NCBI GenBank assembly: GCA_019420135.1
Contig: JAHZHS010000003.1
Location: forward strand, 1,824-45,344
DNA length: 43,521 nt
Source: Oscillospiraceae bacterium
Lineage (GTDB): Bacteria; Bacillota; Clostridia; Oscillospirales; Ruminococcaceae
Direction of reading: 5' to 3'
The notes below the pieces were generated by a model. It worked only from the letters and a program-made list of their open reading frames with translations. It had not been told where the DNA came from and did no database searches. Positions 28,554-37,944 of this stretch are shown here, in pieces; the stretch's first letter is position 1, and each line of letters opens with the position of its first letter. The translations under genes were made by a program, and so were the position numbers.

Positions 28554-28785
28554 CCCTCCTTTCCCGGCATCTTCCCCCGCCGGGCGGGGGTTCATGGAAG
28601 ATTTTGCCGCTGCTGCGCCGGATTTTCTCTTTACCGGTTCTTTACGAATTCGACACATCGTGATATAATAGTTGGGTGTTCGCTTTTGCGGGCACCCATT
28701 TTTTGTACGTATACACAATTTTATGTGCGCCGCTTTGGCAGTTCTGCCCGGTGCGCCATCCATTCACCGCAAAGAGGAATGATCC

Positions 28786-30678
28786 ATGCAAACGCTCAAG
28801 ACCCGCATCCTTGACCGCACCTTCTGGCTGCAGACGGTGCTGCCCTGCCTGCTTGCCCTGGCGGCGGCCTTCATCGCCCGGTATCAGCTGGAACTGTCCG
28901 ACGGCGTCACCCCCGACTACATGGCCGGGCAGTGGCCGGTGTTCGCCCCCCTCAACGCCCTCACCGCTTTCTGCCTGACGCTGGTCCTCTTCGCCCTGCT
29001 GGGCAAGTGGTCCCGGGCTACCGGCATCGCCGGGGCGCTGTTCACCGTGCTGTCCATCGCCAACTACTACACCCGGGACCTCCACGGTTCCGCCCTCATG
29101 CCCCAGGATGTGCTCAACATCGGCACCGCGGCGGAGGTCATGGGCAGCTACACCCTGCGCATCAACCAGACCGTCATCACCCTGGTTCTGCTCTATCTGC
29201 CGGTGCTGGCCATGGCCGCTTTGCAGGCCTGGCTGGTCCGCCCCCGCAAGGGCGTAAAAATCAGCTGGAAGCGCCGGGGCATCCGCTGGGCCGCCAGTGT
29301 GGTCTGCGCGGCGTTGATCCTCTACATCGGCTATTTCAGCCCCAACCCCATCAAGCCCAAGGCCACCTACGGCTGGGCCTGGCAGGAGACCTACTACAAA
29401 TACGGCTATCTGGCCGGCACCATCGAGGCGGCCTCCCTGCTGGTGGACCCCATCCTCATGCCGGACGGCTACTCCGACGTGGCGGCGGCGGATGCCGCCG
29501 CCCGGGCGGACAACTACCAGCGCACCGCCGCCCAGGTGGAGGAGGACGAGTATCCCGACGTCATCCTCATCCTGTCCGAGAGTTTCTATGACCCGTCCCT
29601 CGTCACCGACCTGCAGGCCGATGTGGAGTACATGTCCACCATCAAAAACCTGCCCAACAGCATTCTGGGCCACACCGTCAGCCCCCATGTGGGCGGCGGC
29701 ACCAACTCCAGCGAGTACGAGATGCTGACCTCCAACTCCCTGATGCTCATGCCCAGCATCACCCCCTTCAACTGGCTGAACCTCCATGGCGCCAACAGTC
29801 TGGTCAGCTATCTGGAGGATCTGGGCTACGCCACCATGGCGGCCCATCCCTACACCAACTCCAACTACCGCCGGGATTCCGCCTGGCTGGCCCTGGGCTT
29901 TGACGAGACCCATTTCCGGGAGGACTTCCCCACCCAGGAATATTACGGCAACCGTCCCTACCAGACCGACTCGGCCACCTACAAGGACTTTGCGGCCCTG
30001 TACGAGGCCATGCCGGAGGATCAGCCCCGGTTCGGCTTCCTGGTGTCCATCCAGAGCCACGGCGACTACGACATGAACGACGCCTCCCTGGACCTGGTCC
30101 ATGCCGCCACCGACTACGGCGAGTACGACAGCGAGGTGGACGAGTATCTGTCCTGCATGTACATGAGCGACCAGGCCATCGCCGAGCTGTGCGACTACTT
30201 CACCCAGGTCTACCAGGAGAGCGGCCGCAAGGTCATCGTGGCCATGGCGGGAGACCATGCCCCCAGCTTCATCGACCACATCGCCGACCAGAGCATCCCC
30301 GAAAACGACCTCCAGATCCTGGAGCGCAGCACCCCCTATTTCATCTGGGCCAACTATCCCCTGGAGAACGCGGGCTACGTCAACGAGAAGGACTCTCTCA
30401 ACCGGATGGACCTGTGCGACCTGGCTCCCACCCTGGTGGAGCAGGCGGGGCTGCCCCTGTCGCCCTTCTATCGGTATCTGCTGGCCATGAAGCAGGAGGT
30501 GGCGGTGCAGACCGCTGGCAACGACTACATGGCCGCCGACGGCACCACCCATACCTATGGGGAGAATTCCGAAAACGACGCCTGGATGAGCGGATATTTC
30601 TATCTGGAGTACAACAACATCGGGGCCAAGGCCAGCAGCAACAGCGGCCTGTTTGCCCCCCTGGTCCCCGCAGCGTGA
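28786..30678 (+). CDS. LTA synthase (LtaS)-family membrane sulfatase/phosphotransferase
   Basis: N-terminal TM helices, ILSESFYD, GGGTNSSEYEMLT, SIQSHGDY, GDH. Confidence 0.9.
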   Translation: MQTLKTRILDRTFWLQTVLPCLLALAAAFIARYQLELSDGVTPDYMAGQWPVFAPLNALTAFCLTLVLFALLGKWSRATGIAGALFTVLSIANYYTRDLHGSALMPQDVLNIGTAAEVMGSYTLRINQTVITLVLLYLPVLAMAALQAWLVRPRKGVKISWKRRGIRWAASVVCAALILYIGYFSPNPIKPKATYGWAWQETYYKYGYLAGTIEAASLLVDPILMPDGYSDVAAADAAARADNYQRTAAQVEEDEYPDVILILSESFYDPSLVTDLQADVEYMSTIKNLPNSILGHTVSPHVGGGTNSSEYEMLTSNSLMLMPSITPFNWLNLHGANSLVSYLEDLGYATMAAHPYTNSNYRRDSAWLALGFDETHFREDFPTQEYYGNRPYQTDSATYKDFAALYEAMPEDQPRFGFLVSIQSHGDYDMNDASLDLVHAATDYGEYDSEVDEYLSCMYMSDQAIAELCDYFTQVYQESGRKVIVAMAGDHAPSFIDHIADQSIPENDLQILERSTPYFIWANYPLENAGYVNEKDSLNRMDLCDLAPTLVEQAGLPLSPFYRYLLAMKQEVAVQTAGNDYMAADGTTHTYGENSENDAWMSGYFYLEYNNIGAKASSNSGLFAPLVPAA

Positions 30679-30699
30679 CGGGGAGGAAAGCGTGAGGAT

Positions 30700-31554
30700 A
30701 TGGAGCAGAAACTAGGTCTGGTGCTGGAAGGCGGCGCCATGCGGGGCCTGTACACCGCCGGTGTGCTGGACGCCTTTCTGGAATCGGGCATTCATGTGGA
30801 CGGGGTCATCGGCGTGTCCGCCGGGACGGTGCACGGGGTGTCCTACCTGTCGGGCCAGCACGGGCGCAGCATCCGCTACTATGAAAAATACCGCTGTGAC
30901 AAGCGGTTCATGGGACTGTATCCCCTTTTGACCACCGGGGACATTGTGGACAAGAAGTTTTGCTACCACGACATTCCCTGGGAGCTGGACCCCTTTGACG
31001 ACGATGCCTTCCAGGCGTCGGGAGTGCCCTTCTACGTGACCTGCACCAACGTGGAGACGGGCAAGGCGGAGTACATCCTCTGCGAATCCCTGCGCCCCGA
31101 GAAGAACATGGAATTTCTGCGGGCGGGGGCATCCATGCCCCTGGTCTCCCACATTGTGGAGGTGGAGGGCCGCAAGCTGCTGGACGGCGGCGTGGCCGAC
31201 AGCATTCCTCTGGCCGCCTTCCGCCGGATGGGCTACCGCAAGAACATCGTGGTGCTGACCCGGGCGGCGGGTTACCGCAAAAAGCCGGCGGCTATGCTGC
31301 CCTTCCAGCTGATGTACCACAACTATCCCAGGTTTGTGGAGGCCATGGCCCACCGCCATGAGGTCTACAACGCCGAGCTGGCCGCCGTGGAGCAGGGCGT
31401 GGCCGACGGGGACGTCTTTGTGCTGCGGCCCAGCGTGGATCTGGAAGTCTCCCGCACCGAGCACAGCGTCAAAAAGCTGCGGGACCTCTACGAGCTGGGC
31501 CGGGCCGATACCCTCTCCCGGCTGGGCGAACTCCGCCGCTTCTGCGCAAAGTAA
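30700..31554 (+). CDS. Patatin-like phospholipase
   Basis: EGGAMRG, GVSAG, DGG. Confidence 0.93.
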   Translation: MEQKLGLVLEGGAMRGLYTAGVLDAFLESGIHVDGVIGVSAGTVHGVSYLSGQHGRSIRYYEKYRCDKRFMGLYPLLTTGDIVDKKFCYHDIPWELDPFDDDAFQASGVPFYVTCTNVETGKAEYILCESLRPEKNMEFLRAGASMPLVSHIVEVEGRKLLDGGVADSIPLAAFRRMGYRKNIVVLTRAAGYRKKPAAMLPFQLMYHNYPRFVEAMAHRHEVYNAELAAVEQGVADGDVFVLRPSVDLEVSRTEHSVKKLRDLYELGRADTLSRLGELRRFCAK

Positions 31555-31567
31555 GGAAGTCCACAGC

Positions 31568-31596
31568 TTGCGCTTTTGCCCGCTGTGTGCTACAAT
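31568..31596 (+). promoter_or_regulatory. SigA-type promoter with no downstream protein gene
   Basis: TTGCGC-17 bp-TACAAT with extended -10 TG. Confidence 0.65.
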
Positions 31597-31600
31597 ATCG

Positions 31601-31763
31601 GGCGGACGATCGGTCTTTCCCGCGTTTTGCGGTTCGTTGCCCGCAGTACGCCTCCTCGGCGGCGGTGGCACTCTGCCATGCCGCCACGCGGCGGGAAAGA
31701 TCTTTCCGTTTACCATGACCGGCGGGCGCGCCGCGGGGGAAACCTCTGCGGCGCGCCCGTTTT
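31601..31763 (+). ncRNA. Candidate structured small RNA (~160 nt), family not recognised
   Basis: Bounded by a promoter and a terminator hairpin. 12-bp closing stem 31612-31623/31691-31702 with two internal hairpins. Confidence 0.55.
31723..31763 (+). terminator. Intrinsic terminator
   Basis: ~17-bp GC stem 31723-31739/31743-31759 followed by TTTT. Confidence 0.8.
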
Positions 31764-31921
31764 GGGTTTGGGGCGGGAGTTTGACCGGTTTTGTAAGGTT
31801 TTGCCCGGTGGGGCAGGAGAGCGGCCGGTTTTCAGGTCCGTTTCATTTAACATTCTGATTCGGAAACCCGTTGTGTGGTTGGGTACGACGCTTCGGGAAT
31901 TCATTTCCTATTGGCAGACTA

Positions 31922-31947
31922 CCGCTTTTTGACCGGTCAAAAAGCGG
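31922..31947. repeat. Perfect 26-bp palindrome
   Basis: CCGCTTTTTGACCGGTCAAAAAGCGG equals its own reverse complement. Confidence 0.9.
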
Positions 31948-32282
31948 CGGAAAAACCCGCCCCTAGTTCCGACGCGGGGGGCACGGCTCAAGGGGCCTGC
32001 GGGCCCCTTGAGAAACCCCGGGGCTCTAATGTTGTCCGGCCGGAAATTGCCTCCTTTCTCCTGCGGAACACCTTCGGCAGGGTTTTCTGGCCCAGGCGCC
32101 GCAAGGCCCGCCCCCGGCCTCCCATATTTATGCGGCGGCCCGCTCCCGCAGGCCGCCGCCTGAGGGCGGGGCTTTTTCCTTTTCCTTCGGGCCGCAAATC
32201 CTCCCGGACCGCTGCCTGGGGACAGGGGTATTCCTTCTCCCGCCGCCGTTGCGTGCCCTCCCTTTCCGACTTTCTTCCTGGG

Positions 32283-32331
32283 TTTTCAACAGCGTTGTGG
32301 AAAGTGTTGTGGATAACACGGGTTTTCAACA
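32283..32331. promoter_or_regulatory. DnaA-box cluster 1
   Basis: Perfect box TGTGGATAA (32308-32316) plus TTTTCAACA (32283, 32323) and TGTGGAAAG (32296). Confidence 0.75.
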
Positions 32332-32721
32332 CCAGATATGGTATTTGATGAGGAAAACCAGAGGGGGCAGGGGAGCAATCCGACCAAAAACGATTGCACA
32401 AATTGTGCGTTTTTGCCAAAAGTCGCCCCGGGCCCTCCGGGCGTCTGGCGCGGGAGGGCGGCGGCGTGGTATATTGGTAGGAGAATGGTTCCTCTGTGCG
32501 GCCGCCGGCGGCGGAGCCGTGGGCGTTCCCGGCCGGTTTTTTGCGGGGGCCGGAGGCGGGGTGGGAAGTCCGTCTCCGGCGCGGGGGTTGCCTGGCAAGC
32601 CTGCAAACCTTTTGTCCGCAGAGGGGTTTTGCCCTGTTTTCCGGTCGTTGCAGGGCCTTTTCTGATATCTGATCCGGCAGGCGCCCTTGGGGCGCTGCTG
32701 TTTTTTGGGGGATGTGAGTGT

Positions 32722-34722
32722 ATGGAATTTCTTTTGACCTGCGGCGTGGAGATTTCGCCCCAGTGGACCAGCGAGCCCCTGCGCCGGGGCATCGCCCGCT
32801 TCCGCCGGGATCTGCAGATGACCCTGAACCAGGGGGATCTCATTCCCGCCGGGCGCATCCAGCTGTGTCTGGTCCGCAGTCTTGGTCCCGAGCAGTATTC
32901 CATCGACCTGCAGAGCAGCGAGTCCATGATCATCCGTGCCGCCGACGATCTGGGGGCGGTCTATGCCCTGCTGCATCTCAGCCGCACCGCCCTGGGGGTG
33001 ACGCCCTTCTGGTTCTGGAACGACCAGCAGTTCGAGCGCAAGGAGCTGGCCGCCGTCACCCAGGAGCACATCGTCAGCAAGGCGGCGTCGGTGGCCCTGC
33101 GGGGCTGGAGTTTTGAGGGCGGCCAGCTGCTGGAGGGCTGGAACATTCCCGAAACTCCCACCCTGGGCTGGGAGATGGCCTTTGAGGCCCTGCTGCGCTG
33201 CGGCGGCAACTTTGTCTGTCTGCCCCAGGGCAAGCCCGCCGCCCTTGCCGAGGCCATGGGTCTGTGGCGGATGCAGGACGGCGCCTGCCCCCTGGATGCC
33301 GCCCCCTTTGACCGGGCGGTGCCGGGCAAGTCCTCCCTCTACGCCGACAGCGCCGACGACTACGCCCGGCTGTGGGCCGAGGCCGTCGACCGCCACAAAC
33401 AGGAAAAGATCATCTGGCGCATCGGTCTGCCCGCCCGGGGCGGCGATATCCTGGACGGCCGGGATCTGGCCGCCGCCACCCTGCCCCGCCGGGGCGCCCA
33501 GATCGGCCGGGTGCTCCGGGCCCAGTACGACGCCGTCCGGGCCCAGCTGCCTACCGCACCCATCTGTCTCATGGACAGCGACTGCGCCGCCCTGGAGCGG
33601 GCGGGGGCCCTCTCCCTGCCCGACGACATCATCCGCATCTGGCAGGACAACGGCTACAGCAAGTTCGTCTCGGCCCGGCAGGGCAGCCGGGATCCCCGTA
33701 CCCCCCAGCTTCCCCCCGAGCCGGGTCCCGGCCGGGGCGGCGTCTACTTCCATGCGGCGTACAGCGACGGGGAGGCGGGCAACTGTCTCACCATGCGTCC
33801 TGCCGCCCTGGACCTGGCCGCCCGGGAACTGTGCGATGCCTTTGAAAAGGGTGCCAGGGCCATGTGGCTCATCGGGGCGGGGAGCGTCAAGCCCCACGTC
33901 TATCCCCTGGATGCCCTGGCCGCCCTGTGGCGCAACGTGGACGCCGACCTGAACGCCCACCGCACCGGCTATTTGCGCACCTACTACCGCGCCCCCGACG
34001 GCTGGGCCCTCCAGAACCGCCAGCTGGACGATCTGGACACCTGCCTGAAATCCTGGTTTGAGGCCACCGCCGCCTTCGGGCCCTGGCCGGACCAGCGGGC
34101 GGGGGAGCAGTTCATGGCGGTGGCGGCCCGGGCGGTGGCCACTGCCTGGCTGTCCGGGCGCACCCGCAGTTCGGTGCCCGAGCTGCGCTGGGCCGCCGGG
34201 GACGAGCCCTTTGCCGAGCAGCTGGACTGGCTGCGGGGGGTCTGCGCCGACGCCCTGCCCGGCTTCGACACCCTGGTCTCGGGGTGCGAGTACGCCGCCC
34301 GGCCCACCACCCGCCTGTGGGCGGACACGGTGCTGGGTCAGGCTAGGCTCTACCGCTACTGTCTGGGGGCCGTGGTGGACCTGTGCGACGGCTGGCAGCA
34401 GTGGACGGCGGGGGAGTACCGGGCCTGCTTTTTGAAAGTGGGCCGGGCCGCTGCCGGGTTCGAGGCCGCCCGCCGGGTGGTGCGGGATTTCGCCCACGGG
34501 CGCTGGGCAAACTTTTACCGGCAGGAGGAGACCCAGACCGATCTGGCCCGGACGGTGTGGGTGCTCAGCGGGCTGACCGCCCTGCCCCGGGCTGCGGGGG
34601 ACGGCCCCGACTACACCGGCTGGCAGCGGGAGGCCCTGGGCCCCGACGCCCCCGCCTCCGCCATGCGGGACGAGGCCCTGCTGGCCATTCTGGAACGGGC
34701 CGACGCCCAGAAACGCCAGTAA
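32722..34722 (+). CDS. GH115-like protein, apparently degenerate
   Basis: DDLGAVYALLHLSR..LGVTPFWFWND, FEALLRCGGN, W.DNGY, GVYFH and GSVKPH resemble GH115. Start chosen at ATG 32722. Confidence 0.7.
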   Translation: MEFLLTCGVEISPQWTSEPLRRGIARFRRDLQMTLNQGDLIPAGRIQLCLVRSLGPEQYSIDLQSSESMIIRAADDLGAVYALLHLSRTALGVTPFWFWNDQQFERKELAAVTQEHIVSKAASVALRGWSFEGGQLLEGWNIPETPTLGWEMAFEALLRCGGNFVCLPQGKPAALAEAMGLWRMQDGACPLDAAPFDRAVPGKSSLYADSADDYARLWAEAVDRHKQEKIIWRIGLPARGGDILDGRDLAAATLPRRGAQIGRVLRAQYDAVRAQLPTAPICLMDSDCAALERAGALSLPDDIIRIWQDNGYSKFVSARQGSRDPRTPQLPPEPGPGRGGVYFHAAYSDGEAGNCLTMRPAALDLAARELCDAFEKGARAMWLIGAGSVKPHVYPLDALAALWRNVDADLNAHRTGYLRTYYRAPDGWALQNRQLDDLDTCLKSWFEATAAFGPWPDQRAGEQFMAVAARAVATAWLSGRTRSSVPELRWAAGDEPFAEQLDWLRGVCADALPGFDTLVSGCEYAARPTTRLWADTVLGQARLYRYCLGAVVDLCDGWQQWTAGEYRACFLKVGRAAAGFEAARRVVRDFAHGRWANFYRQEETQTDLARTVWVLSGLTALPRAAGDGPDYTGWQREALGPDAPASAMRDEALLAILERADAQKRQ

Positions 34723-34808
34723 ACAGTCCGCCGTCTGCACAGCCGCACACCGAAAGGGACGGGTTCTGCCGTCCCATGATCCGCCCCCGGGCGGGAGGGA
34801 GATTCCCT

Positions 34809-35465
34809 ATGAGCGTATCCTTTGACAGCATCCGCAAAAACACCGAGATCGCCGCCTACATCCGCAAGGCGGACGAATCCCTCATCGCCCTGGGCTACAC
34901 CGAGCACAGCTTTGCCCACGTGGGCCGGGTGGCGGACACCGCCCGGCGCATTCTGCTCTGGCTGGGCCAGGACGAGCGCACCGCCGAGCTGGCGGCCATC
35001 GCGGGATGGCTGCACGACATCGGCAACGTGGTCAACCGCATCGACCACGCCCAGAGCGGCGCCGTCATGGCCTTCCGCATTCTGGACAAGCTGGGCTTTG
35101 ACCCCGACGAGACCGCCACCATCGTCACCGCCATCGGCAACCACGACGAGGGCACCGCCTTCCCGGTGAACGCCGTGGCCGCCGCCCTCATCCTGGCCGA
35201 CAAGACCGATGTCCGCGCCAACCGCGTCCGCAACAAGGACATGGCCTCCTTTGACATCCACGACCGGGTCAACTTCTCGGTCAAGGAGTCCCGGGTATTG
35301 CTGGAGCCGGGGGTCATCCGCCTGGCGCTGACCATCGACACCGGGGTCTGCGCCGTCATGGACTACTTCGAGATTTTCCTCGACCGCATGATCCTCTGCC
35401 GCAAGGCCGCCGAAAAACTGGGCGTCCGGTTTGCCCTGTCCATCAACGGCCAGGCCATGCTGTGA
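34809..35465 (+). CDS. HD-domain metal-dependent phosphohydrolase
   Basis: EH...H, LHDIGN, H, NHDE, LADK. GGGAGG RBS. Confidence 0.9.
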   Translation: MSVSFDSIRKNTEIAAYIRKADESLIALGYTEHSFAHVGRVADTARRILLWLGQDERTAELAAIAGWLHDIGNVVNRIDHAQSGAVMAFRILDKLGFDPDETATIVTAIGNHDEGTAFPVNAVAAALILADKTDVRANRVRNKDMASFDIHDRVNFSVKESRVLLEPGVIRLALTIDTGVCAVMDYFEIFLDRMILCRKAAEKLGVRFALSINGQAML

Positions 35466-35585
35466 GAGGGCTGACATCTTGTAGTTGGGGGACGGCTCGG
35501 CAACAAGATATGGGCCGGATGCCGGAATCCTTCCCGAAAATTCGTGAAAAAACACATACAACAGGCAAAAAATCCGTCCGGGGTG

Positions 35586-35615
35586 TTGACAAAGGCCTTG
35601 CGGATGGGCTATAAT
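35586..35615 (+). promoter_or_regulatory. Consensus SigA promoter of rpmH
   Basis: TTGACA-18 bp-TATAAT. Confidence 0.85.
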
Positions 35616-35730
35616 CATAGTCTGCAAGGCTGTCCCTCGATGGGGCGTAGCCCAGGCATCGAAATTCACCCCGCAGCGCGCGCGGCAACAGTGTGCCGCC
35701 GTGCCAAATTGGGACAGGAGGATATGTAAA

Positions 35731-35865
35731 ATGAAACAGACTTTCCAGCCGAAAAAGCGTCAGCGCAGTGCCGTCCACGGTTTCCTGAAGCGTATGTCCA
35801 GCAAGAATGGCCGCAAGGTCATCAACGCTCGCCGCGCCAAGGGCCGCAAGAGCCTGACCGTCTGA
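35731..35865 (+). CDS. rpmH: 50S ribosomal protein L34
   Basis: Below the ORF-track size cutoff. Manual translation [53 protein letters not shown]. Confidence 0.98.
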   Translation: MKQTFQPKKRQRSAVHGFLKRMSSKNGRKVINARRAKGRKSLTV

Positions 35866-36023
35866 TCCTTCCTCTCTGGAAGGGGCGTCCGCGACGCATG
35901 GGCCCGGCTGCGGGCCTTCTTTTTCAAAATAATACGGTTTCTCGGGTATTTGCACAGGACTCCATGTCAGTCGACCCACGAATCCACCTTCAGGCTGCTG
36001 ATCCTGGTCAAATGCAAGGTCAC

Positions 36024-36057
36024 AAAAAGCCCGCCGGTTTTCGCCGGTGGCTTTTTT
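36024..36057 (+). terminator. Intrinsic terminator between rpmH and rnpA
   Basis: AAAAAGCC.GCCGG/CCGGT.GGCTTTTTT. Confidence 0.7.
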
Positions 36058-36123
36058 CCCTGCGTTTGGCCGTGCGCTCGGCAGCCTTTTTTCAAAGCCG
36101 CATCCCGCGGCGGAAGGGATCTT

Positions 36124-36471
36124 ATGCGCTACCGCACCATCTGTAAAAACAAAGAGTTTACCCGCGTGTATGCCCGGGGCAAAAGCTACGTTCACCCACA
36201 GCTGGTGCTCTACGTCGCCAAAAACCGGACGGGCCACACCCGCATCGGCCTGACCGCCACCAAAAAGGTGGGCTGCGCCGTGCTGCGCAACCGCGCCCGC
36301 CGGGTCATGCGCGCCGCCCTGGCCGAGCATCTGCCCGGCGACATCGGCGGCTACGACATCATCCTGGTGGCCCGCGCCCAGACCCCCCGCCTCAAAAGCA
36401 CCCAGGTCAGCAAGACCCTGGCCAAGCTTATGCGGGCCGCCGGTCTGCCCGACCGCGCCCTCAACCCATGA
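36124..36471 (+). CDS. rnpA: Ribonuclease P protein component
   Basis: [21 protein letters not shown] (RNR motif), DIILVAR, synteny. Confidence 0.96.
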   Translation: MRYRTICKNKEFTRVYARGKSYVHPQLVLYVAKNRTGHTRIGLTATKKVGCAVLRNRARRVMRAALAEHLPGDIGGYDIILVARAQTPRLKSTQVSKTLAKLMRAAGLPDRALNP

Positions 36472-36740
36472 CCCCGCCGCTCTTCACCCGGCCCTTCATC
36501 GCCCTGATCCGGCTGTACCAGCGTTACATCAGCCCCAACCTGGGGCATCACTGCCGGTTTGTGCCCACCTGCAGCCAGTACGCCGTGGAGGCACTGACCA
36601 CCCACGGCCTGCTCAAGGGCGGGCTGCTGGCGCTGTGGCGCATCCTGCGCTGCAATCCCTTCGGCCGGTTCGGCTATGACCCCGTGCCCGAAAAGGGCCG
36701 CTGGCGCAATCCCGCCCGGCGCCTCACCCGGGAAAAGTAG
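36468..36740 (+). CDS. yidD: Membrane protein insertion efficiency factor
   Basis: [25 protein letters not shown]...GYDPVP. Confidence 0.97.
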   Translation: MTPPLFTRPFIALIRLYQRYISPNLGHHCRFVPTCSQYAVEALTTHGLLKGGLLALWRILRCNPFGRFGYDPVPEKGRWRNPARRLTREK

Positions 36741-36861
36741 ACCGCCGTGCCTTTTGCGGCACGATCTTCCCCTGTTTTTCGTCCCTGCGCTGCGCTGTGG
36801 GGGCTTTGGGTAAAAACACAACGAAATGCCCTGCGCGCAGGCGGGGCGGATTGGACAGGCT

Positions 36862-37941
36862 ATGACTGAAATTTTAGGTTTTCTCTCCATCATCCTCGGC
36901 CCCCTGATGGCCCTGATGTACCAGGCCATCCCCAGCTATGCGCTGACCATGATCATCTTCACGATCCTGATCCGCATCGTCTCGCTGCCTCTCGCCATCA
37001 AACAGCAGAAGTCCATGGCAAAGATGTCGGTCTACACCCCGATGCTCAACGAGATCCAGCAGAAGTACAAGAACAACCCCGAAAAACAGAATGAGGAACT
37101 CATGAAGTTCCAGCAGGAATACGGCTACAATCCCATGGCCGGCTGCCTGCCCATGGCGCTCAACATGCTGATCCTCTTCGCCATCATCCAGGTGGTCTAC
37201 CATCCCGTGCGCTACATCCTGGGCATCCCCGCCGACGCCATCAGCGCCGCCTGCACCGCCCTGGGCATCAACGCCTCCAACGTCACCCTGGCTGAGACCC
37301 AGCTCATCACCGCCATCAAGGCGGGCACCGATGTGGCTACCGGCCTCACCGCCGAACAGATCGGCCTGATCCAGGGCTTCAACACCAGCTTCCTGGGCAT
37401 GGACGTCTGCACCACCGCAGGCTTTGCCCTGTCCCCCCTGCTGATCTTCCCCATCCTGGCCACCATCACGGTGTTTGCCTCCAACATCATCGTCACCCGC
37501 ATGTCCGGCCAGCAGGCCGCCACCCAGGGCAGCATGAAGGTCATGCTGTGGGTCATGAACCTGATGTTCGCCTGGTTCTGCTTTACCGCACCCATCGGCT
37601 TCTCCCTGTACTACACCACCTCCAACATCTGCATGATCCTGCAGTCGGTGCTCACCAACAAGGTGTACAGCCCCGAGCGCTTCAAGAAAGAGTATGAGGC
37701 GGAACTGGCCGCCAAGAAGGCCGCCAAAAAGGCCAAGAAAGAGGTCGTTGTGGTGGAGGAAGGCCAGGAAGTGACCAAGCAGGTCAACGAGGCCGAACTC
37801 AACCGTCTGCGTCTGGAACGCGCCCGCGCCCTGGACGCCGAAAAGTACAAGGATGAGCGCACCCGTCCCCTGACCGAGGCCGAGCGCGCTGAGCTGGAAG
37901 CACAATCCCAGTCCAAGAAAAAGAAAAAGGGAGGCAAATAA
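36862..37941 (+). CDS. yidC: Membrane protein insertase YidC/Oxa1 family
   Basis: FTILIR...PL, NPMAGCLP, LYYTTSN, synteny. Confidence 0.95.
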   Translation: MTEILGFLSIILGPLMALMYQAIPSYALTMIIFTILIRIVSLPLAIKQQKSMAKMSVYTPMLNEIQQKYKNNPEKQNEELMKFQQEYGYNPMAGCLPMALNMLILFAIIQVVYHPVRYILGIPADAISAACTALGINASNVTLAETQLITAIKAGTDVATGLTAEQIGLIQGFNTSFLGMDVCTTAGFALSPLLIFPILATITVFASNIIVTRMSGQQAATQGSMKVMLWVMNLMFAWFCFTAPIGFSLYYTTSNICMILQSVLTNKVYSPERFKKEYEAELAAKKAAKKAKKEVVVVEEGQEVTKQVNEAELNRLRLERARALDAEKYKDERTRPLTEAERAELEAQSQSKKKKKGGK

Positions 37942-37944
37942 ACC

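Noticed and set aside
31601..31715. tRNA, SRP or 6S identity for the candidate RNA
   Set aside because: No proper T-loop, acceptor stem or CCA; no SRP helix-8 motif; too short and branched for 6S.
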